Shown piece by piece: positions 30,851 through 39,491 of a stretch of 64,000 bases of DNA; position 1 is the first letter of the stretch, and each line of letters opens with the position of its first letter. The position numbers were made by a program, and so were the translations under genes. Source of the DNA: an uncultured Candidatus Binatia bacterium. Lineage in GTDB: Bacteria > Desulfobacterota > Binatia > Bin18. The notes beneath the pieces are model-generated. The model saw nothing but the letters and a program-made list of their open reading frames with translations, did not search any database and was not told the origin of the DNA. The DNA lies in contig OZ241744.1 of NCBI GenBank assembly GCA_965200965.1, positions 3,264,001 through 3,328,000 on the forward strand, read 5' to 3'.

Positions 30851-31354
30851 TTATGTGCGTTGACCGAGGTAGCGCCGCAGGACATACAGCCCGTCGGGCG
30901 TATACGGCTCGGTCTGGGCATGGCGCAGGGTGTCGTGTGGCGTCAGCAGGATGACGCTTTCGATCTCTTCTACCTGGAGGCGCAGCGCTCCGTCGTAGAC
31001 GCAGGTGAAGGCACCGCCCCAGACATGATTGTGCTCGTCCTCAAAGGAGAACTCAAACAGCTTGGTCAGCGGCACGTCCCGAATGCCCAACTCCTCTTCC
31101 AGTTCGCGGACCGCCCCCTGTTCGTAGCTTTCGCCAGCCAGCACCACGCCGCCCGTAGCCAGGTCGTACCAGCCCGGAAAGACATCTTTGGTCATCGTCC
31201 GCTTCTGGACATGGAGTTGCCCCTGAGAGTTGAACACCAGGATATAGGTGCTGCGGTGCGGCAGACGCTTGGCCCGCATTTCACTGCGCGGGGCCGTGCC
31301 AACCAGCCTGTTGCGCTCATCCACAATGCCAACGATTTCGTCTGCGACGGTCAT
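30851..31354 (-). CDS. NUDIX hydrolase (YfcD/IDI-like)
   Basis: HRSTYILVFN, QKR...KD.FPG.YD..TGG, GESY..GA.RELEEELGI Nudix box. Confidence 0.88.
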   Translation of the reverse strand: MTVADEIVGIVDERNRLVGTAPRSEMRAKRLPHRSTYILVFNSQGQLHVQKRTMTKDVFPGWYDLATGGVVLAGESYEQGAVRELEEELGIRDVPLTKLFEFSFEDEHNHVWGGAFTCVYDGALRLQVEEIESVILLTPHDTLRHAQTEPYTPDGLYVLRRYLGQRT

Positions 31355-31462
31355 GCCGGCGGCAACGGTACTGGGGCGCGCTAAGCCTGTCAAGCGAGCA
31401 TTACCCCGGGCCGGCGCGCTACAAACCAGGCAGAGCGCATTATTCACTCAGAGGACCGCGTC

Positions 31463-32143
31463 ATGTCAAACGCCCTTGCGATTTTTGCCAAAGCGCCGGT
31501 CGCCGGTCAGGTCAAAACCCGCCTGTGTCCGCCCCTGACACCCGAGCGTGCCGCCGAGCTGTCTCGGTGTTTTTTACTGGATACGCTTGAACGGATGTGT
31601 GGGCTGGAAGCGGTTGAGGTGTTCGTGGCCATCAGCCCGACCGACAGCGAGTCGCTCTTTCGCTCCTTGATTCCCTTTCCGGTCCGCTATCGGCCTCAGC
31701 GCGGTGCCTCGCTTGGCGAGCGCCAGCTCAATACGCTGGGCGATATGATGAGTGCCGGCTTCTCGCGTGCCCTCATCATTGGCAGCGATATTCCGACCCT
31801 GCCCGTGGCCTACGTTCAAGAAGCCTTCCGGCGGCTCGAAGACCCGGCCTGTGACGCGGTGTTCGGCCCCAGCCATGACGGCGGCTACTATCTGGTTGGC
31901 GCTCGCCAGCCACACCGCCGGCTGTTTGAAAACATTGTGTGGAGTACCCCACAGGTGTTACAGCAGACCCTGGCACAGGCGCGCAAGTACGGCTATGCGG
32001 TGGCCCTGGTCCCGCCCTGGTACGACGTTGACAGGCCGCAGGACCTGCCCCGACTGGTGCGCGATGCACAAGAGCGGGCCGGCGGACCGGACGACGCGCC
32101 CAGAACACGGCGAGCGCTGGCGCGGCTGGGGGTGACAAAATAA
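31463..32143 (+). CDS. DUF2064/TIGR04282-type transferase (CofC-like fold)
   Basis: FAKAP..GQVKTRL, Q.G.SLGER, IIGSD.P, GP..DGGYYL, WST..V, DVD...DL. Confidence 0.85.
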   Translation: MSNALAIFAKAPVAGQVKTRLCPPLTPERAAELSRCFLLDTLERMCGLEAVEVFVAISPTDSESLFRSLIPFPVRYRPQRGASLGERQLNTLGDMMSAGFSRALIIGSDIPTLPVAYVQEAFRRLEDPACDAVFGPSHDGGYYLVGARQPHRRLFENIVWSTPQVLQQTLAQARKYGYAVALVPPWYDVDRPQDLPRLVRDAQERAGGPDDAPRTRRALARLGVTK

Positions 32144-32155
32144 GGAGGGAAGACA

Positions 32156-33316
32156 ATGGCGGGCTGTTTAGACGGTATCAAGGTCCTGGATATGGGGCGC
32201 TACCAAGCCGGGCCGCGCTGCGCCATGATGCTGGGTGATCTGGGCGCGGAGGTGGTCAAGCTGGAGGCCCCAGGCGGGGATGAATCGCGCGGCATCGGCA
32301 AGGTCTACTGGTCGGTCTATAACCGGGGCAAAAAGAGCATCACGCTCAATGTGCGCAGCGAGCGGGGGATTGCCCTGATTAAGGAACTCGTTCCTACCTT
32401 TGACATGCTGCTCCAGAACTTCCGACCGGGGGTAATGGAGGCGATGGGTCTGGGCTATGAGACACTCAAACATCTGAATCCGGGCCTGATTCTGATCAAT
32501 GTGTCCGGTTTTGGCCAGGACGGGCCGTACAAACACCGACCCGCCTATGACCCGGTCGGCCAAGCCATGTCCGGGCTGATGAGCTTGACCGGCTTTCCCG
32601 ACGGGCCGCCGGTGATGACCAACTCGCCCATCATTGACCGCATGACCGCTCTGCACGCCACAATTGGGGCACTGGGGGCTTTGCACCGGCGTGATGTCAC
32701 CGGCCAGGGCCAGTCGCTCGACGTGTGTTTGCTGGATACGGGTTATACGCTGATGGAGATTCCGATTGTCAACTACCTGCTGACCGGCAAAGCGCCCCGG
32801 CGAAACGGCAACAGCCCCGGCGGCATCTCGCCCTGTAACGCCTATCAGGCCAAAGACGGCTGGGTCTATATTCTGGCCGTGCCCCAGGACATGTTCGTCC
32901 GCTTCTGCAAGGGCCTTGGACGAGAAGATTTGCTGGCCGACGGGCGGTTTGCGAGCATTGCCGGGCGGGGCAAACACGCCGAGGAGATTGACGCCGTGGT
33001 TGCCGAATGGGTCAAAGGCCGAAGCGTGGCAGAAGTCAGCGCTGTTCTGGAGCGGGCCGAGGTGCCCTTTGCGCCGGTCCATTCCATTGCCCAAGCGGCC
33101 ACCGACCCGCATCTGTGGCAGCGCCGGATGTTGGTCGAAATTGAGGATCAGGGCGACAAGACCTATGTCCCCGGGCTGACTGTCAAATACTCCGAGACGC
33201 CCGGGGCGATTGGGAGGATTCCCCAACCCGGCGAGCATAACGAAGAGGTCTATTGCGGCCGGCTGGGCTATACGCCTGAAGACTTGGCCGGCTGGCGAGA
33301 GGCCGGGGTGATTTAG
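32156..33316 (+). CDS. Class III CoA-transferase (CaiB/BaiF)
   Basis: AGP.C.M.LGDLGAEVVK.E, NRGKKSITLN, NFRPG, SGFGQDGPY..RPAYD. Confidence 0.93.
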   Translation: MAGCLDGIKVLDMGRYQAGPRCAMMLGDLGAEVVKLEAPGGDESRGIGKVYWSVYNRGKKSITLNVRSERGIALIKELVPTFDMLLQNFRPGVMEAMGLGYETLKHLNPGLILINVSGFGQDGPYKHRPAYDPVGQAMSGLMSLTGFPDGPPVMTNSPIIDRMTALHATIGALGALHRRDVTGQGQSLDVCLLDTGYTLMEIPIVNYLLTGKAPRRNGNSPGGISPCNAYQAKDGWVYILAVPQDMFVRFCKGLGREDLLADGRFASIAGRGKHAEEIDAVVAEWVKGRSVAEVSAVLERAEVPFAPVHSIAQAATDPHLWQRRMLVEIEDQGDKTYVPGLTVKYSETPGAIGRIPQPGEHNEEVYCGRLGYTPEDLAGWREAGVI

Positions 33317-33345
33317 CGGCGGAATGTGGCGCAGGGAGGGCAGCT

Positions 33346-34680
33346 TCACGCCGTGCTGTCTGTGGCCGGGCTGGGCCGCGGGGATGAACGCAGTGTGAGC
33401 AGCGCGATCTCGGGGGCAATCCCCAGGCGCATCGGATAGCCGTAAAAACCGACGCAGCGGGTGACAAACATGCGCATATCTCCCCGCTGAAAGATCCCCT
33501 GGTCCGGGATGCCGAGCATCCCGACTACCGACACAAGCGTGTCCTGACCGAGCTGGATGCCGACATGTCCGCCGTGGGTATGACCGGACAGGACCAAGTC
33601 CGCGCAGTTGTTCGGCAGGAGGGCAAACCCGCGCGGGTCATGGTTCAGCAGGAGGCGGGGTGCCTGGGGAGGCCAGGCGTGCAGAACTTTGGCATACCGC
33701 TCGGCAGGGCTACCGGGGAGGCGCAGGAAGTAATCCAGGCCCACGACTTCCAGGCGGTGGCCGTCGATGGACAGGCTGACCAGTTCGTTGCGCAAGGTAG
33801 TGACCCCGGCTTGGTGGAGCAAAGAGACGAGGCGGGCCGGGTTATCAAAATCGTGGTTGCCCAGGCAGGCCCATTGTCCATACGGGGCTCGAATCTGGGC
33901 CAGGGCTTCGTATAAGGGGATATCAAAGTCGCCGACCCGGTGGGTCAAAAAATCGCCGGTGTGGAGCACGACATCGGCTTTGGCGCTATTGGTCAGGCTG
34001 GCCATATGCAGCAAACGCCGGCGATTCATATACCCCCCGACATGGATGTCGGACAGATGGGCAACGCGCAGGCCGTCCAGGGCTGGCGGCCAGTGGGGCA
34101 GAACAAGTTCCCGCTCTTCGACCTGAAAGTCATACGAGGTCTTCATGCCTGAGGCGGAAAACGCAAAGGGCGTGGCCACGCCGAGGGCACCGGCCTGCTG
34201 AAGAAACCGCCGGCGGTCGGGCGAGAGCAGGTCGGCCGGAGCGGAGGGGTGAAAGAGCCGTTGCAGACCACGCCGGCCGAGCGTCCAGCCATCGAGGCCC
34301 AGATAGCCGAAGGACAGCAACAGATGGGCGCTGTACCAGATTGCGCCGAGCCAGGAGATGCCGGGTGCATGCAGGACCGGCAGCTCGTCGCTCCAGCGGG
34401 CGGTCAGAAACTGGGCGGCCAGAATGGCGTCGCAGCCAAGGCCGAACCAGAGAGCGAACTGGGGGAATTTGCGGGCCGACCCCCAGACCCGCTCAAGGCC
34501 GGCGTGGAGCCGCAGCCGGGCATACGAAAACGGCACAAAGCCGACCGGCACAAACAGGCTGAAATACAGCGCCCGGCGGTAGAACAAGAGGCCCGTCACC
34601 AGGACGCCCAGGATGAGAAACAGGTTCAGGGCATACTGCCAGCGGCGGAGCCGACGATAGCTGGCTGAGACTTCGGTCAT
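33346..34680 (-). CDS. Membrane-anchored metallophosphoesterase (YkuE-like)
   Basis: N-terminal TM helices; SDIH, TGD, GNHD, SGHTHGG. Confidence 0.88.
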   Translation of the reverse strand: MTEVSASYRRLRRWQYALNLFLILGVLVTGLLFYRRALYFSLFVPVGFVPFSYARLRLHAGLERVWGSARKFPQFALWFGLGCDAILAAQFLTARWSDELPVLHAPGISWLGAIWYSAHLLLSFGYLGLDGWTLGRRGLQRLFHPSAPADLLSPDRRRFLQQAGALGVATPFAFSASGMKTSYDFQVEERELVLPHWPPALDGLRVAHLSDIHVGGYMNRRRLLHMASLTNSAKADVVLHTGDFLTHRVGDFDIPLYEALAQIRAPYGQWACLGNHDFDNPARLVSLLHQAGVTTLRNELVSLSIDGHRLEVVGLDYFLRLPGSPAERYAKVLHAWPPQAPRLLLNHDPRGFALLPNNCADLVLSGHTHGGHVGIQLGQDTLVSVVGMLGIPDQGIFQRGDMRMFVTRCVGFYGYPMRLGIAPEIALLTLRSSPRPSPATDSTA

Positions 34681-34754
34681 GGCCGTTTCACCTGAGCGCG
34701 CCGCTTGAGAGCCTTGAAACAGGAGCGCCGTGCTCCCAGAGCAATCCTGACCCG

Positions 34755-35144
34755 CTAGGACCAGGCGTCTATATCAAACCCGTCCGGCAGGGGGACAAAG
34801 AAGACGCTGGCCGGCCCGCCAAGGGTCCGCGTGGTATGCCCTTTGCCGGTCAGGTCGTCGGCCAGAAAGGCTTGGCCGGCCTGCCACTGCCGGGTCTGCC
34901 CGTCGGTCGTGCCGACTTCGATCGTGCCCGACAGCACGATGACGATCTGCCGCTGGGGAGCGTTATGCCAGGTCTGGGACATGCCGGCCGGCAGTTCGAC
35001 AAAGCGGACCGCGGGAGAGGCGTAGGCCCTGGACAGCATCAGGGTATGGCCGTCCGCGTCCTCTTGCGGGCTGTCAATCGGAATGTTGAGGGCCATGAAC
35101 CGTGAGCCCCCTTCGTCGGTGGCGTAAAAACGGGTGATCTTCAC
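34755..35144 (-). CDS. Small cupin-fold protein
   Basis: WHNAP.RQ.V..LSG..E, DDLTGKGH. GTG start overlaps the upstream stop. Confidence 0.75.
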   Translation of the reverse strand: MKITRFYATDEGGSRFMALNIPIDSPQEDADGHTLMLSRAYASPAVRFVELPAGMSQTWHNAPQRQIVIVLSGTIEVGTTDGQTRQWQAGQAFLADDLTGKGHTTRTLGGPASVFFVPLPDGFDIDAWS

Positions 35145-36364
35145 CTTGGCCCTCCTTGCAGGTCTGTTGAGTCGGGCTGAATCGGATACAGCTTCAGGGC
35201 GTTGTCCCACATGATTTTCTTTTTGCTGGCGTCTGAGACGCCCTCAAGGTCCATGAGTTCTTTCACCGCCCAGGCGTACTGGCGGCCTTCGGGATGGCCA
35301 AAGTCGGTCGCGGTCACGATATTATCATCGCCCAGCAGATCAATCGTGTGTTTGATGCCCGGGTCGTCCGGGTCGGCCGAGATGTAACACTGGCGCTGGA
35401 AGTACTCAATCGGGTGCCTGGTCAGGCCGGGAATGTCGAGGCCGCGAAAGCCGCCCTGTACGCTGGCCCCCAGTCGGTCGAGCCAGAACGGCACCCAGCC
35501 GGCCCCGGATTCCAGATGGACCACTCGCATGGCCGGATGCCGTTCCAGCACGCCGCCCATGATGAGCGAGGTGCAGGCCAGCATATTGCCAATTGTGAAG
35601 GCGACGGTGGTCTGGGCCGAGCGCAGCCGCGGAATATAGTGATACAGCATGTCGTCGGCCGCGGTACCGGTGCCGGTATGGACGGCCAGCGGCACGTCAA
35701 GGTCTTCAAGAGCGTTCCACAGCGGCTCGTAGAACTCGTCGTACAGCCGATGCGGACCGACCGGGACCGGATTGATATGGATGGCTTTGAAGCCGAGGTC
35801 TGTGACGCATCGCCGGGCCTCGCGAGCCGCCTCCTCGGCATCACGCAGGTCTACCGAGCCGGCCCCGAACACCTTGCCGCCGGCCGCCGAACAGAAGTCG
35901 GACAGCCAGTTGTTATACGCCCGGCGGTAGGCGGCCGCGGTATCGGCGGCCATGTTGGGGACGGCGACTGACAGCAGCCCGGCTGAGGGGTAGACGACCA
36001 TGTAGTCGATCCCGGTCCGTTCCATAGCCAGGGGGTACATTTCGGGGGGGAAGTTGTGTTTAGCAAACTCGGCGTAGGCTTCGTCCTGGCCTGGCAGCGT
36101 GACCCTTACTCCAGGATCAAACGAGGCCGGCCCCATTGCGCTGGGGTCAATCGGGTCGCGGCCAAAGGGCATGGTGTAGGCACCGCCATCAGGGTTGGGA
36201 ACGGACAGCTCAAAGCGGAAGGCCAGCGGCTCGCCGTCGTAGACCGACCAGGCTTTGGGCATCTGGTCGTGAAACGCGGGGTCAAGATAGCGCTCGAACA
36301 TGTCGTTTGGTTCGAGAATATGGGCGTCGCTGTCAATAAAGCGGAATCTCTGTGGCACGCGCAT
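35141..36364 (-). CDS. Amidohydrolase_2 family protein
   Basis: IDSDAHILEP, RAYNNWL.DFC, LESGAGWVPFWL.R, TDFGHPE. Confidence 0.88.
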   Translation of the reverse strand: MRVPQRFRFIDSDAHILEPNDMFERYLDPAFHDQMPKAWSVYDGEPLAFRFELSVPNPDGGAYTMPFGRDPIDPSAMGPASFDPGVRVTLPGQDEAYAEFAKHNFPPEMYPLAMERTGIDYMVVYPSAGLLSVAVPNMAADTAAAYRRAYNNWLSDFCSAAGGKVFGAGSVDLRDAEEAAREARRCVTDLGFKAIHINPVPVGPHRLYDEFYEPLWNALEDLDVPLAVHTGTGTAADDMLYHYIPRLRSAQTTVAFTIGNMLACTSLIMGGVLERHPAMRVVHLESGAGWVPFWLDRLGASVQGGFRGLDIPGLTRHPIEYFQRQCYISADPDDPGIKHTIDLLGDDNIVTATDFGHPEGRQYAWAVKELMDLEGVSDASKKKIMWDNALKLYPIQPDSTDLQGGPR

Positions 36365-36480
36365 CCTCCTCGTGAAACCTGGACGGGGTCAACCGGACTG
36401 TACCATCGTGGGCGCGTGGGCTGCAAGAAAGGGCAAGCGCTGCCGGGCTGGGACGGGCCGGCTCACGATGAGGGGTCCGC

Positions 36481-38070
36481 TCAGTTCTCAGCATGGCCCT
36501 CAAACTCACAGCTCAGCCCCGTCCGTCCCAGCTTGCGCCGCACCTCATCGAGCCCCAGCCGAAAATAGACCGGGCGGTTATGGGCACAGGCATGGGGGTT
36601 GGCGGTCTGCGTCCAGGCCGTGAGCAGGTGTTCTTGCCTCTCGCGTGTCAGGGTGTGCCCGGCTTTGAGCGCAGCCAGGCAGGACAGGGCCTGTTTGATA
36701 TCTTCTTTTGCGCTGCGCAGGCGGCTCAGCAGCCGCGAAAAAATCAGCCCTGAGGATTGGGGCTCAAGAAAATCCGGTATGCCTCGCACGGCCAGGACCC
36801 GTGGCCCGAAGGCGTCGAGGGAAAAGCCGCAGGCTGTCAGGGCTTCGGCGTTGGCATTGACAAGAGCCTGTTCGTCAATTGACAGGTTCACCACCTGGGG
36901 GGCAATCAAGCGCTTGGTGTGGGCCCGCCCGTCTTGTAGCTGTTCGTAGAAAACCCGCTCCTCAGCCGCGTGCTGATCCAGCAGGTATAAATGCCCTTCA
37001 GACAGGGTGAGCAGAAAGGTGTTTTCAATCTGACCGACTAGCGAGAAGCCGTTGATTGACGCCCCGTCGTAGGCCGCGGAGGGTTCGGCAACGGCGTCTG
37101 TTTGCAGCCAGGCCGGACGCTGACGGTGGTCAAGGGCTGCCCGGACCAGGGTGTAGATGGCGTTCTCATCCCGGAACCGCACCTCGGTCTTGGCCGGATG
37201 GATGTTCACGTCAAGCTGGGAGGGGTGCAACTCAAGAAAGAGAAAGACCAGGCCACCCTCGCTCCCGCAGGCATCCCGGACGGCCCGGTAGAGCGTGCGG
37301 TTCCGAATCGGACGGCGGTTGACAAACAGATAATAGCGCCGTCGCCAGACTTCCTGGCTGGGGAGGACTGCTCCCCACACCCTGCCACTCAGCCCGGCGT
37401 TCTCCAGATCTTCCAGACCCGCGGTCGTCTCGCGGCCAAAGCATGCCGTCATCCGCTCTTGGAGCGAGCCGGGCTGGAAGGCATAGACCTCACGCCCGTC
37501 AAAGGACAGGGACAGGCTTTTGTCGGGAAAGGCCAGCGCAAAGCGGGTAAACGCGCCCAGAATATGGCCATACTCGGTACGCAGGCTGCGCATGAACCGG
37601 CGGCGGGCCGGCGTGTTGTAAAACACATCCCAGACCTCGACGCTGGTGCCGACCGGTGCTCCGGCTTCGCGGTGCGAGAGAAGCCGGCCGCCTTCGAGGC
37701 GGTGTTCGATTCCGAGCCGGGCCGTTCTTTGGCGGGTCAGCAGCCGCAGCCGAGAGACCGAGGCAATGCTGGGCAGGGCTTCCCCCCGAAAGCCGAAGGT
37801 CCGAAGCTGAGCGATGTCGGTGGCGGCGGCAATTTTACTCGTCGCAAAACGTTCACACGCCAGTCGGACATCCGTGGCGGCCATACCCGGCCCGTCGTCG
37901 GTGACTTTGATCAGCCGCCGTCCACCCTCTTGGACCTCAACCCGAATGGTGTCGGCCGCGGCATCCAGCGCGTTCTCGATGAGTTCTTTGACCACACTGG
38001 CCGGCCGCTCAATGACTTCGCCAGCGGCGATCTGTTGCTGAACGTCTGGGGGAAGGATGCGGATTATCAT
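36481..38070 (-). CDS. mutL: DNA mismatch repair endonuclease MutL (compact)
   Basis: IAAGEVIERPASVVKELIENALDA, GFRGEAL.SI, DVNIHP.K.EV, DQHAAEER. Confidence 0.92.
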   Translation of the reverse strand: MIIRILPPDVQQQIAAGEVIERPASVVKELIENALDAAADTIRVEVQEGGRRLIKVTDDGPGMAATDVRLACERFATSKIAAATDIAQLRTFGFRGEALPSIASVSRLRLLTRQRTARLGIEHRLEGGRLLSHREAGAPVGTSVEVWDVFYNTPARRRFMRSLRTEYGHILGAFTRFALAFPDKSLSLSFDGREVYAFQPGSLQERMTACFGRETTAGLEDLENAGLSGRVWGAVLPSQEVWRRRYYLFVNRRPIRNRTLYRAVRDACGSEGGLVFLFLELHPSQLDVNIHPAKTEVRFRDENAIYTLVRAALDHRQRPAWLQTDAVAEPSAAYDGASINGFSLVGQIENTFLLTLSEGHLYLLDQHAAEERVFYEQLQDGRAHTKRLIAPQVVNLSIDEQALVNANAEALTACGFSLDAFGPRVLAVRGIPDFLEPQSSGLIFSRLLSRLRSAKEDIKQALSCLAALKAGHTLTRERQEHLLTAWTQTANPHACAHNRPVYFRLGLDEVRRKLGRTGLSCEFEGHAEN

Positions 38071-38219
38071 GAATAGCGGGGACAGCCTAGCAGAAAGCGG
38101 GCGGGCTGTCTGTGTTGTTTCAGGCAAGCCGTTGAAAAACCCTTGTCGAAAGATGCCAAGTGCGCTAGAACATATTCCTGCGTTCAAAAAATTGATTTGC
38201 CAGTTGAGGAGGAAGATCT

Positions 38220-39383
38220 ATGTCGTCCATCACCAACAATAAAGCGTTTCCCTATCCGGGTGCGATTGACGCCGACGGGCATATCCTTGAGACGCCCGAT
38301 GCCTGGGAGAAGTATATTGACCCCAAATACCAGGAGCAGGCCATGCGGATTACGATTGGCCCGGACGGGCTGGAAGTCCTGGAACTCGCCGGCCGGCCGG
38401 CCAAATACATGAAACCTGGCCAGTTGGCCGCGTTTGGCGGGATGGGTAAAACGCCCGAAGAGGTTGAGCCGCACCCCGACCGGACCTATGTCAATATGGC
38501 CCCCTTTGGTTCAATGGACCCCGCCCAACGCCTGCAACGCATGGACGCCGAGGGGCTGGACAAAGCGATCGTCTATCCCAGCCTGGGCCTGATTTGGGAG
38601 ACCGAAGACCTCGAAGACCTCGGACTCCAGGCCGCTTATGCCAGGGCCTACAACCGCTGGGTCGCCGACTTCTGCCGCGATTCATCCGGGCGTCTGGTGC
38701 CCATCGCTCACATTTCCTTCGGCGATCCCCAGGAAGCCGCCCGCGAGCTGGAACGGGCGGTCAAAGACGGCTGTCGGGGCGCTTTTGTCGTACCGTTTAC
38801 GCCCACTAACAAATCCCACGCCAACCCGGACTATGATCCCTTCTGGGCCAAAGCCCAGGAGCTTGACGTGCCGGTCGGCATTCATCCCAGCGGCGAGCCA
38901 CCGGCCAAGCGGGTCCACCAGCGTTTTCACGACATGCAGAAGTGGGCCATGTGGCATTTTAACGTCCACGGCGGTCAGGGGCCGCTCCAGGCCTTTACCG
39001 CGCTGTTTCAGTACGGTCTGTTTGAGCGCTTCCCGCAGGTGAAGATCATCGTGCTGGAGTCCGGCGCGGGCTGGGCGGGCTATTTGCTCAACCGGATGGA
39101 CGCGGTGTACGACAGCCCGCTGGGTGAATCTGTGCCGCTCAAAGAAAAGCCCAGCTATTATTTTCAGCGCCAGTGTTGGATCTCGGGTGACCCCGACGAG
39201 AAGGCGTTTGGCAATGTGGTGGAGTTTGTCGGCAATGACAAATTTTTCTGGGCCTCGGATTTCCCCCACTTTGACCATCCCGACAACTACATGGACGAGC
39301 TGTTAGAGTTGGTCGAGCCGATGGGTGCCGAGACCCGACGCAAGGTCATTGGCGAGAATGTCGCCCAGGTGTACGGCTTATAG
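38220..39383 (+). CDS. Amidohydrolase_2 family protein
   Basis: IDADGHILE, RAYNRW..DFC, LESGAGW, WASDFPHFD. Confidence 0.88.
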   Translation: MSSITNNKAFPYPGAIDADGHILETPDAWEKYIDPKYQEQAMRITIGPDGLEVLELAGRPAKYMKPGQLAAFGGMGKTPEEVEPHPDRTYVNMAPFGSMDPAQRLQRMDAEGLDKAIVYPSLGLIWETEDLEDLGLQAAYARAYNRWVADFCRDSSGRLVPIAHISFGDPQEAARELERAVKDGCRGAFVVPFTPTNKSHANPDYDPFWAKAQELDVPVGIHPSGEPPAKRVHQRFHDMQKWAMWHFNVHGGQGPLQAFTALFQYGLFERFPQVKIIVLESGAGWAGYLLNRMDAVYDSPLGESVPLKEKPSYYFQRQCWISGDPDEKAFGNVVEFVGNDKFFWASDFPHFDHPDNYMDELLELVEPMGAETRRKVIGENVAQVYGL

Positions 39384-39399
39384 GCCGTAACTTCCTCAG

Positions 39400-39426
39400 C
39401 GTCCCTCTCCCGCGTGGAGAGGGACG
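39400..39426. terminator. 11-bp hairpin between convergent genes (terminator or REP-like)
   Basis: CGTCCCTCTCC-CGCGT-GGAGAGGGACG. A related hairpin, TTCCCTCTCC-CCT-GGAGAGAGAA, lies at 61588-61610. Confidence 0.55.
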
Positions 39427-39491
39427 AAGGAGAATCCGTTACCCCGCCGCCATCTGCCGCTTGATAGTCGGCTTATGGCAATCCCCTCTCC

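Noticed and set aside
30540-30954. Track ORFs 30540-30863 and 30745-30954 as the gene after eutC
   Set aside because: No motifs, and both overlap the convergent NUDIX gene. The TGA-readthrough frame explains the region better.
31463-32143. TIGR04282-type gene as part of a selenium or arsenosugar cluster with the new selenoprotein
   Set aside because: The radical SAM and partner transferase genes are absent, and an opposite-strand gene intervenes.
32168-33349. Long antisense ORFs (also 7352-8311, 13722-14609, 37102-38076, 52987-53958, 57187-58095)
   Set aside because: Shadows of well-supported genes in GC-rich DNA, with no recognisable motifs.
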